Below are positions 29,546-41,808 of a stretch of 64,000 nucleotides of DNA, piece by piece; position 1 is the stretch's first letter; each line of letters starts with the position of its first letter. The notes beneath the pieces are model-generated. The model was not told where the DNA came from and ran no database searches. It saw only the letters and a program-made list of their open reading frames with translations. This stretch comes from Octopus vulgaris (taxonomy: Eukaryota). Location of the stretch: the NCBI GenBank assembly GCA_951406725.2, contig OX597824.1, forward strand, positions 68,572,001 to 68,636,000, in the 5' to 3' direction. The position numbers and the translations under genes are program-made.

Positions 29546-30021
29546 TTTCGTCCTATATTTATGGACTGCCATATTAGCTTGGAGATAACTGTTAATATCC
29601 AGTACCGCTGCCGTAGTCTCCTTTAGAGAGACTTCGAAATGATAATACTTCTATTTTTGAAAACCAGTGAATGTATTCCACTGAAATTAGGTAAATAATC
29701 CTTCGAACAGACGGTCAGTAGCGACGCCTGTGGGTTGGGCTACTATGCATTGATAAAGGGCAAATACCCTGAAACATGTCTGCAGATGCCTGACTAGCAA
29801 GGGGAAGCGGCTGACCTTCCCTGTTCGAAGGTTATAATAGACACAGGTTCGTGTGTCATATAGCTAGCTAGAGGCGACGGCCTCCTGGAGCTAATCAACA
29901 GCAGCTTTCGTCCTATATTTATGGACTGCCATATTAGCTTGGCGATAACTGTTAATATCCAGTGCCTCGGTCATAGTCTCATTTAGAGAGACTTAGAAAT
30001 AATAATACTTCTATTATTGAA
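29546..30021 (+). mobile_element. Non-LTR retrozyme-like insertion: 360-nt monomer plus 116-nt terminal redundancy
   Basis: Direct repeats at 29546-29661 and 29906-30021 (offset exactly 360, ~10 mismatches); flanking ttattgaat duplicated; absent from the sister pLTR at ~30495; contains a hammerhead. Confidence 0.75.
29733..29795 (+). ncRNA. Type-I hammerhead ribozyme, U3-A8 core variant
   Basis: tgca-TTGATAA-aggg caaata ccct-GAAA-catg-TC-tgca; stem I extends past an internal loop (ggttgggc/gcctgact); GUC cleavage triplet ends at 29780. Confidence 0.7.
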
Positions 30022-30720
30022 TCAAGGGTTTTATTTAAAGTGACCTAAAAGTAGGAAATGTATTAGTAAGGTCAAATCGAAAACAGGAAGAGAGGAAAAA
30101 AGAAAGAGAAAAAAGAGAAAAAAGAAAAAAGAAAAAAGAGAAGAAAATAAGAAAATAATAGAATAATAAAAAATATATAAATAAAGAAGAAAGAACAAGA
30201 AGAGAAGAATGAAGTAAAGGAATCAGTTAGTGGTCAGTCGAGATAATTTGAAAGTTGGAATGGTGAGATAAGAGTGATAGATAAGAGTGAAAGGTATTAT
30301 CACCCTTATCTCCCCATATCTCAACTGACCACTAACTGGTTCCCTTACTTCATTCCTCTCTTCCTGTACTTCTTTTTTTCTTATTTATTTTTAATTTTAT
30401 TATTTTTTCTCTTTCTTTATTCTTCGCTTCCTGTTTTCGATTTGACCTTACTAATATATTCCCTACTTTTAGGTCACTTTAAATAAAACCCTTGATTCAA
30501 TAACACTGTGTATAAATTCTATACTTGGAATGACCAATTTTAAATACTATTGGATTTTACTCATAAGGTATCGGAATCTTATATGTACACCATTCTGCCT
30601 AAATAATGGATCTACAAATGCAATATCCCTACATATCTCACATCTATTTTCTTTTATTTCCTCACCTCACTCTCTATTTTATATCTTATTTAAACGATTT
30701 CTTAACCATCTTCTATCACC

Positions 30721-30768
30721 GTCTCCGATGAAGGGATATAATAAATATCCTGGAAACAGCTGAAAGAC
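30721..30768 (+). ncRNA. Minimal PLE hammerhead motif (inverted pLTR copy, degenerate)
   Basis: gtct-CCGATGA-agggatat aataa atatcctg-GAAA-cagctg-AA-agac. Confidence 0.6.
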
Positions 30769-31203
30769 CTATCTATAAATGAAGAAAGAGAAAAAGAAGA
30801 GAAAAACGATAAAAAGAAAGACTAAGGAGAAGAAAGTAATAAGAAAAATAATAATATAATAAAATGATATAATTAAAAAAATTTTAAAAACAGGAAGAGA
30901 GGAATAAAGGAAAGAAAGAGAGAAAAAATAAAAACAAAGATATAGATAAGGGAAAATGTACCAGTTAATGGTCAGTGGAGATAATTTGAAAGTAGGAGTG
31001 GGGAGATAAAGGGTGATAGAGAGAGAAAGATATTAGAGTGTAAGAAGATAGAAGGAATGGGAGGAGGGTAATAAAAGGTAAAGGAGTGACAAATGTGTAG
31101 TGATGGAGTCTAAGTGATGGGGCAGAGAGGAGGTTAGTAGTAAAGAATGAAAAATGAAGAATTTAAGAATTTAGAAGTTTGGCAGGTCAGTGCTTAGTCA
31201 GTG

Positions 31204-31591
31204 CTAGCAGTATCGCCCGGCGTTGCTCGGGTTTGTTTCCGCCCTTTAGAATTGGAATTTTTGAAAAATAAAAATTTAGCATTATGTAACTTCTTATTCT
31301 TTTTAAGTGAACATTTTTCTGGTTTAAATACACCGAAAAATGGCGACACAGCAGTCAAAAAATCGTAAAAAATAGGGATTTTCATAGAAAAAAAGCATCT
31401 TTTTGATGTAAATAATTTTTGGTGTTAACATGGTCCGATTTGAAATTTTTCTTCTACGGAAGGAGGAGCAAGCCTTCTTCTATCATACTCTCAGTTTTGG
31501 TCAACTTGCACTGCAGGGTCTCGGAGGAGATAGTGTTAGTTAAAGGCTACCAAACCTGCCATACACAGACAACTTCAGCATTATATAGAGA
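31204..31591 (-). mobile_element. Non-autonomous Helitron nested in the PLE
   Basis: Minus strand begins TC(tctatataatgctgaag) and ends with hairpin cccgagcaacgccggg followed by CTAG. Confidence 0.75.
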
Positions 31592-31967
31592 TATATATGT
31601 AAAGATGTATACATATGTATATATTAGACATGTATATATATATATATTTATACGGATGTTTATACATATCATTATCCATGCACACAACTCTTACTCGTAT
31701 GTATATGCACACATGTGCACCCACATATACGTGCATCTGCATATATTATCGCCCCTCTATACGTAGGTATATATTCCTTGCATACATACATAATTCACAC
31801 ATACACACATACATATACGCATACACACATTCATACATATACACGCACTTATGGATGGATGCACATACACACGAATATAATTAGATGGTTGTGATATTCG
31901 AGTATGAGTGAGGAATTAGATAGGGATTAGGAGTTAGAATGTAGATTTGTAAGGTTATTGGGACTAC

Positions 31968-32453
31968 CTAAGGAGTATTGTGGAAATGTACTGTATGGTC
32001 GTTTAGGCATTTGGATTTGTGGTAGAATTTGAATATGTGAAAAAAGCGGTGGTTGCATGCGCTTAGTGCCTCATTATGTTTATTTAGCAGTACTGGAGAG
32101 TTGTGCTTTAATATGTGAAGTGCCTCCTTCAGGCAAAATTTACAGTTTGAGCGTTGACCTCGGTAGGGAAGTCCTGAGTCCAGTATGGACCATGATAGAG
32201 TATAGGGTATATTTGTATTTTTGAGATGGTGTATGTGGTTGGCGAGTGTTGTAGATTTACCACGTTTATCGTATCTAAAAGAATGGAGATTAGTGGCATA
32301 TCGTTGCTTAAATTTTTTTGTTGATTCTATGTATTTGGCTGTAGAGTCGTGTAATAGGTTAAGGTCCGTGTATTTGTAAATTACATTATATCTTCTGCAA
32401 TGAGTTTGTAACAGGCAGATGGCTCCAGGACGGCAATTACAATTAGGTGAATT
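31968..32453 (-). pseudogene. Penelope-like GIY-YIG endonuclease domain (open frame without Met, missed by the ORF track)
   Basis: Translates CNCRPGAICLLQTHCRRYNVIYKY...KYIESTKKFKQRY...HSFRY...STTLANHIHHLK...WSIL...CKFCLKEALHI...LLNKHNEALSACNH. Confidence 0.85.
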
Positions 32454-32526
32454 TTGGTGACTGTGTTCATTAATATAGGAGGTAGTATCGTCAGAGTAGA
32501 GGTTATAGGAGGAGTGGATAATTCTA

Positions 32527-32572
<46 letters not shown>

Positions 32573-32839
32573 GTTATCATATCTCAAATCCCATCTCAAA
32601 CACGCAACAACCATCACAATCGCAACCAACAACACACATTCGTCGATTGAACCCTGGAAGGTCTTGCACCTAGGCAATCTAGACCACATATACAACATTC
32701 GTTTTACACTAGGTCAAAAACAAAAATAACTAAAACAGCTAACAATAACGGGCCTCGCCTCCCACATACCTTCTCCAAAAATATAGATAGCACTCCTCTA
32801 TCTAATTACTTAGATAGCTCTACTCCCAGACCCCCTAAA

Positions 32840-33120
32840 AAAAGTGGCGGACGCTCTATTCTGTGTTACACACCACCATTCTCACTTAACGTTAAGAACT
32901 TAGCTAAATCCTTCTTTAGAATACTAGACTCTAACTTCCTTCGACAACACAAATATCATTCTATCTTTAATCGAACCACCCTGAAACTATCTTATTCTAC
33001 CTCACCCAACTTTGAATTTATTGTAGCAGCCTCTAATAAGCAAAAGCTCTCTCTTTACTATCAAAACTCACATAACTACAACTCTAGTAATACGAACACT
33101 CGACACACACACGGCTATAG
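32840..33120 (+). pseudogene. Penelope-like RT-thumb/linker fragment, inverted relative to the GIY-YIG
   Basis: RSILCYTPPFSLNVKNLAKSFFRILDSNF..HKYHSIFNRTTLKLSYSTSPNF parallels RNIIWFDPHFSFNV of the element at 46150. Confidence 0.8.
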
Positions 33121-34230
33121 TACAGATACCCCTACATTAGACCACAACCACAACCCAACCCATCCTACTGACACTGCCTGGAACACCACCGCAACCTCTA
33201 CCGCCTTTACAAATAGTACAATTAGTAACAACAATAGTAGTAATAGCAATGATAGTAATGATAACGCGTACGTGTATGTATATGTGCATGTGTGTTTGAA
33301 TATATGTATGTGTATGTATGTATGCATGCATGTATGTAAGTATGTATGTATGTAAGTATGTATGTATGTATGTATGTATGTATGTATGTATGTATGTATG
33401 TATGTATGTATGTATGTATATGTATATGTATGTAGGTAGGTATGTCTAAATGTATGCTTTTCTTGCTTTAGACAAACTCTGTTCAAATTCACAGACGTTC
33501 CAGCTGTGACAATCCCATCCTGGCAGAGGTAAAGAATACGTACATCACCCGTTTTCGCCGTAAAAAACCCCTAAACATAACCTTAAATCCTAAACCTTAA
33601 CCCTAACCCTAAACCCCGGGTGTAGGTATCCTTTACTTTCGCACCATTTTTATCCCGCATATAACGTAGATTCTATCATATCGTTTCTTTTGTGTCTAAT
33701 AGATAGTAAGCTATGATTTGAGGTACATTTTATTGCTATTTCTAGCACGTCATGCGACCACTTAGAGGCACACGCGTTAGAGAAATGTTTATATTTTAAC
33801 TGAAGCGTGACTTAGCGTCTTATACGTTCATTCGCACGTTATCGCCTTTTTTATGTTTCCATGGAAACAACGAGTCATATGTACTGCAGCAAAGTCGCGT
33901 CGTTGTTTTTGTTGTTATTTTCTTAGTTACGTTATTAGTTAATGATGTTCATTTGTTTTGTGGTGTTGGATGTAGCAAGCATTGTGTATGTTAAAAGGTC
34001 ACTGCTGCTTTTGGCAATGTGTGCGTGTGCGTGTGTGCACATGTTGCGTGTCACTCCTCATCTTATTTCTCCAGTGTGTGTGTGTGTGTGTGTGTGTATA
34101 ATGCATATGTATATATGTATGTACATATATATATGTATAAGTATATATATATTCATAAATGAAGGTGAAAAATTAGATATTAATTTAATAATACCATCAG
34201 TTTAACACCAAGTGGCTTAGCACATAAATT

Positions 34231-34281
<51 letters not shown>

Positions 34282-34295
34282 ACTGTATATATATG

Positions 34296-34340
<45 letters not shown>

Positions 34341-35217
34341 ATGTATATATGTATGTATATATGTATGTATATATGTATATGTATGTATGTATGTATGTAT
34401 GTATATGTATGCATGTATGTATGTGTGGAGGACCATGGTGTAATGGTTAGAGATGTTGGACTCGTGATCGTAAGGTTGTGGGTTCGTTTCCTGGTCTAGG
34501 CAACGCGTTGTCTAACGTCAATTTGATGGATAGAGTGAGCTAATGTGTGACACGAACATTTGATCGCTATAAACAAATCATTTGTGCAGGTCGTATGTAT
34601 GTATGTATGTATGTATGTATGTATGTATGTATGTATGTATGTATGTATGTATGTATGTATGTATGTATGTATGTATGTATGTATGTATGTATGTATGTAT
34701 GTATGCATGCTATAGAGCCCGTATATGTATCATACTCAGTGTAAATACATCATTGAAAGGCGACTTATGGCGGTATTTCTTAGGGACGTGCTGTGTGTAA
34801 AAACACATATCAGAGGAAGACGAAAGTTGTTCCAGTTGGGAGTAGCGAGAATGCGTAATACATTTCAGCTTAATGAAGCCTTATCAGAGCCAGACAAAAG
34901 CCTAGACGAGAATTGTCGCTTCCAATTAATAGGAAGCTGTGAAATAAATTACTCACTGCTACTGTGAATCATTTTTCTTTTTCCGTCTAAGTCTTTCTCT
35001 TTCTTTAATACGTATCAACAACTCTGTAACACAATTCACAATGTTCTTTATAATCTCATTTCTTTTTCTCTTTAGCACTGTTCCTTCTTTTTTCCTCTTT
35101 CCTTCTTTCTCTTTTTTTTTAACACATCAAAATACAACAACCAAAAGACACAAACCAAACTTTACCGAACGTTCTTTCCCGTCTGCAACAATTTCAGAAA
35201 CTACTACCGTAATCGCC

Positions 35218-35310
35218 ATGCCCTCTCGCCGCAATCTCTCTCAGTTCCTTCTCAGCTCCTTAATCTTCTACACGATATTATCTATAGCTTCATCTACTTC
35301 GAGTTCCACA
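35218..35310 (+). CDS. Candidate first coding exon encoding a signal-peptide-like N-terminus (unknown gene)
   Basis: gccATG context; MPSRRNLSQFLLSSLIFYTILSIASSTSSST followed by a GTAAAT donor-like site; non-repetitive region. Downstream exons not established. Confidence 0.3.
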
Positions 35311-36169
35311 GTAAATTTTTTTAAAAATTACTTCACAACTCGCTATGTTTCTAATTTCTTATAATGTAAACACGTCTACAATTCTTGCTGATAAAATCAA
35401 AACTTCTAAACTAAATAAAGAAAAGTCTAAGGGTTGCTTTATTTTAGTATAACGGTAGAATGTCTGTCATGTCTGCAGAAAATGTGATTCCGAAGGCGGC
35501 GAGCTGGCAGATACGTTAGCACGCCGGGCGAAATGCTTATCAGTATTTCGCCTGTCTTAACGTTCTGAGTTCATATTCCACCGATGTCGACTTTGCCTTT
35601 CATCCTTTCAGTCTCGATAAATTAAGTACCAGTTGCGTGCTGGGGTCGATTTAATCGACTGGTCCCCTTCCTAAAAATTTCGGGCCTTGTGCCTAGAGTA
35701 GAAAAGAAAATGTGCATTTGAGTTCCACGAGCTGCCTCCGATTTTTTTCCATCCAAGGGATTTTTTTAAACCCAATATTCTATACACTATACTTTGTAGC
35801 CCTTTCTACTTAAAAATTACTCCATCATATCTCTCGAAGCTTCTAATGTAAACATTTTACAATTCTCGTTGGTAAGAATAATGCTTCAAAAATAGACGGA
35901 ATATATTTGAACAGTTGCTTTGATATAATGTTTTAATTTTTCTCTTGCTGGCATTCCGTCGTTATGACGATACATGATCCAGTTGATCCGATCAGCGGAG
36001 CAACCTGCTCGTAAAATTAACGTGCAAAGTAGCTGAGTACTCCGGGTTTAGTCTGCAGTGCGTGGCATCGTAGGCAATAGTCTTCTACTCTAGCCTCAGG
36101 CCGACCAATGCCTTGTGAGTGGATTTGGAACAGAAACTGAAAGAAGACCGTCGTAAATATATATCAATA

Positions 36170-37170
36170 TCTATAAAGCTGAAATACGAAAAAGTTGTTT
36201 GTCTCATTTTGGGATGGGATCGGTTTAAGGGGCGGTAGATGGGGTCGGATTGGCGCCAAAATTTACAGGGACATATAAAAAGAGGCGAGGAAGCGACTGG
36301 ACTAGGTTAGAAACCCATATCTCAAAAGCTGTGGTTACTAGGGTAACAAAACCCAGACTTTGACAAGTGTTGGTCGTTTCCCTGTCTTCCTCGATCTCTT
36401 TCTTGCCTTCCTTCCCTCCATCATCAATATCTATAAAGCTGAAATGCGAAAAAGTTGCTTGATTTCTTGGTTGTTTGTCTCATTTTGGGGTGGGAACGGT
36501 TTAAGGGGCGGTAGATGGAGTCGGATTGGCGCCAAAATTTACACTGGGAGTAAAATGGGGGGTGGACAATGGTGTGAGAAGGGCTGCAAGTCACTCGGGG
36601 CTACCGTTTGGTTGCCATGGTGAGGAATATGGGAAAAATTGAGTTTTATGGGATAGACAGGTTGTGCTGTTTGAATAATGGTGGTTTTTCGTGTTGCTGC
36701 AGGGGCTAGAGGCGGTTATCTTTGATTGTGGGAGTAAAAATTTGGGGGATTTTAGAAAGGGGGGCGGGTTAAATTTTTCAACTTTTAAAATGAGTACATT
36801 TTTGCCCTATTTTTAGATTTAATTTTTTTCTGTTTGTATTATTTGGTTGACATGGGTAAAAATGGCATTGTGTTAAAGGCCAAAATCTTTTAGCTTTCAT
36901 TTGCATCATGAACCGTCAAAATATGCCCCACCAAAATATCAAATTTCACAAAATTTTAAGTAAGTTTGAATTATTTTTGTGATTTTACGTGCAGGCGTAA
37001 GAGAAAGCGAGGGAGAGTCCGAGATAAAGGAAGAGTAAGAGAGTAGGAAAGTGAGAGAGAAAGGAGAGAGAAACAAAGAGGGAGAATGTGGCGATAAGAA
37101 ACAGAAAGGAAGCAATAGAAAGTAACAACCACACCCTCACCCGATCGTAGAGCGGGTCACCTTAAGCTAG
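36170..37170 (+). mobile_element. Non-autonomous Helitron with duplicated 5' end
   Basis: tctataaagctgaaat at ~36170 and ~36429; 3' hairpin cccgatcgtagagcggg followed by CTAG|T at 37167-37171. Confidence 0.7.
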
Positions 37171-37201
37171 TCTATATATATAAAGATGAGAATGTGTGTT
37201 T

Positions 37202-37246
<45 letters not shown>

Positions 37247-37381
37247 TGTGTGTGTGTGAGTGTGTGTGTGTGTGAATCCCTAAAACTCGATAACTACCCA
37301 ACCGATTTCATTCAAATTTTACACATGTTTTACTTACGGTCCGCGCAAAGTCATGGGCTCAAAAAATTTTCTACTTCTTGC

Positions 37382-37428
<47 letters not shown>

Positions 37429-37711
37429 TCACACACACCTATGTGTGTGTCTTTGTTCCCCCATCCCACTACTAGAAACTGATGTTGGTGTGTTTACGTC
37501 CCCGTAACTTGGCGGTTCGGCAAAAGAGACCGATAGAATAAGTACGAGGCTTAAAAAGAAAATAAGTACTGTGGTCGATTCATTCCATTAAAAATTCTTC
37601 AAGATTGTGCCCCAGCATGGCCGCAGTCTAATGACCGAAACAAATAGAATACAAAAGATTAAAGCAGGATTTTATCAATTAACCTGTTCTGTAAAGTATT
37701 CTAACTTAGTA

Positions 37712-37800
37712 AAGAAGAAGAAGAAGAAGAAGAAGAAGAAGAAGAAGAAGAAGAAGAAGAAGAAGAAGAAGAAGAAGAAGAAGAAGAAGAAGAAGAAGAG
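37712..37800. repeat. (AAG)n microsatellite
   Basis: About 29 perfect AAG units. Confidence 0.95.
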
Positions 37801-39396
37801 AACCGGTAAGACTGTCAAGATTCCTATCCCGGTATAAATCCATAAATACAACAAGGTGTCCCCTGATTGCTGGCTACCTTGGGTGGATCCATATGATTAA
37901 GGGCTCAAATCATAATGCTGACAAAGCTTCATCTGGTAAATATATATCGTTGTATTTGATATACACAAAGCACTAATTGATTTTTGTGTTCCAGAATAAT
38001 CGAAATGAATTTACAGTGCAATATCTGGAGTCGGTATATCGTGCCTTGTGCCTAGAGTCGGTAGTTATGCGGTTATACCTATTTCTTTACTACCCACAAG
38101 GGGCTAAACACAGAGAGGACAATCAAGGACAGACAAACGGATTAAGTCGATTAGATCAACCCCAGTGCGTAACTGGTACTTAATTTATCGACCCCGAAAG
38201 GATGAAAGGCAAAGTCGACCTCGGCGTAATTTGAACTCAGAACGTAACGGCAAACGAAATACCGCTAAGCATTTCGCCCGGTGCGGTAACGTTTCTGCCA
38301 GCTCCAAAAAGTTCACGACTAACTGGCAGGTACTAGAGTTTGGCATTATGATGGCTCTACAATTTCACCACTCATTTTTGTGATGGTTATAGAGAGTTGG
38401 TACTGAATGATGGACGAATACACTCGGAAAGAATGAAGACCGGAGGATAAATCATATTGTCATCTCTGCAATCTTTTTTGTAGATGGTGTCAGCCGTCAA
38501 ACAGAAACAAGAGCAGAAGCCATAATTTACTCAGCCTTTCTGAATAAGCTATTCAAGTAATGTTAGCTTTAGTCAAAGCCCCTAAAGTCAGTCTGTTTCG
38601 ATATAAAGGGGCAAAGGTAAATGATTTCCCTTCGAAATTAAAGGAGAGTAGATTTCGCCTTTCAGATACGAGTCTATTAACAATGTTGGTAATATTCACA
38701 TAGTACCTCTAAATGATGCTGCTTGGCATGTTGAGATGGAAGTCAAGTTGAGACATGAATTAATGCTGTGGGTCTCAAACTGACAACATGACCAGAGACC
38801 CGCTCATCAGAAAATTTATAATATTTTTGGACCCTACATCTTTATTAATGAGAAAACAAAGTAGAGTTTGGAAATATTAAATTTCTAAATCTCTCATAGA
38901 GATATGTACGGTGGTGGGGCGATAGAATGGTTGTATACTGTCACGTTCACGTTAGATTGACAGTATACAAAGTAGAGTTTACATCCACGAAATTTTTCTG
39001 CTTTAGTTCTCCATGGTGTCGGACAAGTTTAAAATGTCGAAAATTATTTTAATTTGATCAAAACATGATACTTTATCTGGTCCCTTTCTTTCAGTTCTTA
39101 CAGCTCTCTGGCCTCTTTCCGGTGTGAGAAGAGGCTGGCCTCGCTATGAGAAACCCTGGACTAACCGATATCGGCAGCTGCAATTTAGCAGGACGTTATC
39201 AGTATGGCATTATTCGGAAAGTTTTAAGGACAGTCCTAGTACAATATGGAAAGAAGAGAAACTCATGTTAAAAATCTGTAATAAAACGGATAAAACTGAA
39301 ATATAGTCGCATCCTTTGTGAAGAATGTATGAAAGAAAAGCTGTTCCCCCATTTGCGTGTGTGTGTGTGTTTATGTGCGCGCGTGCGTGTGTATAT

Positions 39397-40178
39397 ATCT
39401 CTATATTATAATTCTGAAATGCGAAAAGTTTGTTTGTCTGGTTTTGGCATTGAGAACGGGTTAAAGGCCACTAGATCCCGTCGGATTGACTCCAAAATTT
39501 ACAGGGACATGTAAAATGAGATGACGATGCGAGTGGGCTAGATTAGAAATCCCTGTCGTTGCTAGGGCCAAAAACGTACTTTGCCAAGTCTACTCTCATT
39601 ATTTTATGTATCTGTCTTCCTCCATCACTCACTCTCTTTCCTCCCTTCCCATCACTTTCTATCTATAACGTCGTTTCACAGCGTCTACTTCCTCTTCACT
39701 TTCTCTTTATAACGTCGTTTCACAGCGTTCTATATCTTCCCCTCCTCGCCTTCGACAGCGCTTTCACACACACACTCTCTCTCTACGTCTGTCTGCATTC
39801 ATAGAGAGAATTATCATCGCCACAACAACCACACAATCATGAGAAAAAATATTATGAATCTGATATTTATTGGGTTAATTTATATGTGTGTGTGTGTGTG
39901 TGTGTGTTCTAGATATAAATATGTATATATACTGTATATATACAAAGTGTATATATCTGTATTTATGTATATTAAACTTTTTAATACTTTTTGATAGTTA
40001 TATATATTTTTTTAAAAATCATAAATATAAATTAATAATTTTAATTTTAAATTTAAATAATTTAAATTTTTAAATTTTATATTTTATATATTTTGTATAT
40101 TATATTTTTATTTTTATGTTTTGGTTTATGTTTTTCACTGTTTGATTTGCCTATTAGTGATTTTATCTCTAATTTAAG

Positions 40179-40247
<69 letters not shown>

Positions 40248-40277
40248 ATTTGTATACATTTGTATATATAATGCGTG

Positions 40278-40317
<40 letters not shown>

Positions 40318-41502
40318 AAATGTGTGCATTATGTGGTCAGTTGAGCTGAAAATATGCACACCTATGTTAAAAGTACTGGCGAGTTTGCATGACAACTATT
40401 TTTTTCCTCAAATGAAAGGCGTGACCTCTAGGACAAAATTCAATTCCTCATCTTATAAAATGTGGCCCCAGTAGACCCGAATGAAATCGGGTTATATTAA
40501 CCAAAATGTTAAAAGGGGTCTAAATGGGGCTGGAAGGGGATTAAAATTTACAGGAGCGGGTGTTTAGGAATTCTCTCTTACATCAAGCTAAAAAATTTGC
40601 GCCAGCCTTTTAATCAACAACGTGTTGCCGTCCACGATGAAGAAGTTTTGAAATGCTTGCCATGGTGAGTCTACTGTCGTGAGAAGGAATCACTTCAAAA
40701 CTTGGTGTTTAGGAATTTTCCTTTACATCAAGTTCAAAATTTTACGCCAGCCGTTAAACTGTCAATACGTTGCTGTCCGTCGTTAAGAAATGCCAGCCAT
40801 GGTGACTCAACTATCCTCAGATTCTATCCCTTCAAACTTTGGTTTACAATATTTTATTATTTTTATTCAGCTCGCAAGTTCGTCTGTCCCTTTTAAATGT
40901 TAGTGTTTTGCTGTCTGCCTTGAAGCAGACCTTTCCGTTGTCACTGCCTGATATTTATGATTGATCTTTCAAAATATTTTATTTCTCAACTTACTCAAGA
41001 TCTTTTGTTGTTTATAAATGGGAGAGAGATAGATAAAGATGGAGAGTAAGAGAAAGCGAGGGAGAGTGGGAAAGTGAGAGAGAAAGGAGAGAGAAACAAA
41101 GAGGGAGAATTATCATCATCATCATCATCATCGTTTAACGTCCGTTTTCCGTGCTAGCATGGGTTGGACAGTTTGACCGGGGTCTGTGAAGCCAGGAGGC
41201 TGCACCAGGCTCCAGTCTGATCTGACAGTGTTTCAACAGCTGTATGCCCTTCCTAACGCCAACCACTCTGTGAGTGTAGTGGTTGCATTTTTCGTGCCGC
41301 CAGCACAGGTGCCGGGGGGGGGGGGGGGGCTGGCAGCGGCCACGATCGGTTGGTGCTTTTTACGTGCCACCGGCACAGAAGCCAGTCAAAGCGGCGCCGC
41401 CATCGGCCACGTTCGGACGGTGCTTTTTACGTGCTGAAAGGAAGCAACAGAAAGTAACAACCACATTCTTACCTGAGCGCAGAGCGGGTTACCTTAAGCT
41501 AG
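39397..41502 (+). mobile_element. Non-autonomous Helitron (same family as 36170) with nested insertions
   Basis: Similar 5' TC start (tctctatattataattctgaaatgcgaaaag) and same 3' end gagcgggttaccttaagCTAG|T; a minus-strand retroposon fragment with (ATG)n tail lies at ~41110-41432. Confidence 0.6.
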
Positions 41503-41565
41503 TATATATATATATATATATAGCAATAATAATTCTCTAAACGAGATATAGACAGTAACTGCTCC

Positions 41566-41808
41566 ATAACATAAGGGACGTTAGCCATCTGAATGTGGCT
41601 AGGGACAGGGCAGGGCGGTGGGGTGTTACTGATGCATTTAGCCCCAGGCGATCATCAACGTCACCAGGAGGGCTGACGCCATCACGACGCCGTGATGGCG
41701 TCAGCCCTCCTGATGACGTTGATGATCGCCTGGGGCTAAATGCATCAGTAACACCCCCACCGCCCTGCCCTGTCCCTAGCCACATTCAGATGGCTAACGT
41801 CCCTTATG

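Larger units (their letters stand above)
29130..33270 (-). mobile_element. Rearranged Penelope-like element remnant: inverted linker fragment, GIY-YIG, 3' region and inverted pseudo-LTRs with hammerheads
   Basis: GIY-YIG frame at 31968-32453 (minus); PLE linker motif on plus at ~32840-33120; 30296-30780 is the reverse complement of 29262-29545 plus 30015-30290. Confidence 0.8.

Noticed and set aside
29890-29945. Minus-strand gtcc-loop-ggacGAAA as a second, antisense hammerhead in the 360-nt unit
   Set aside because: The upstream sequence (aatatggca) does not match CUGANGA and no stem III/UH was found; treated as an ordinary hairpin.
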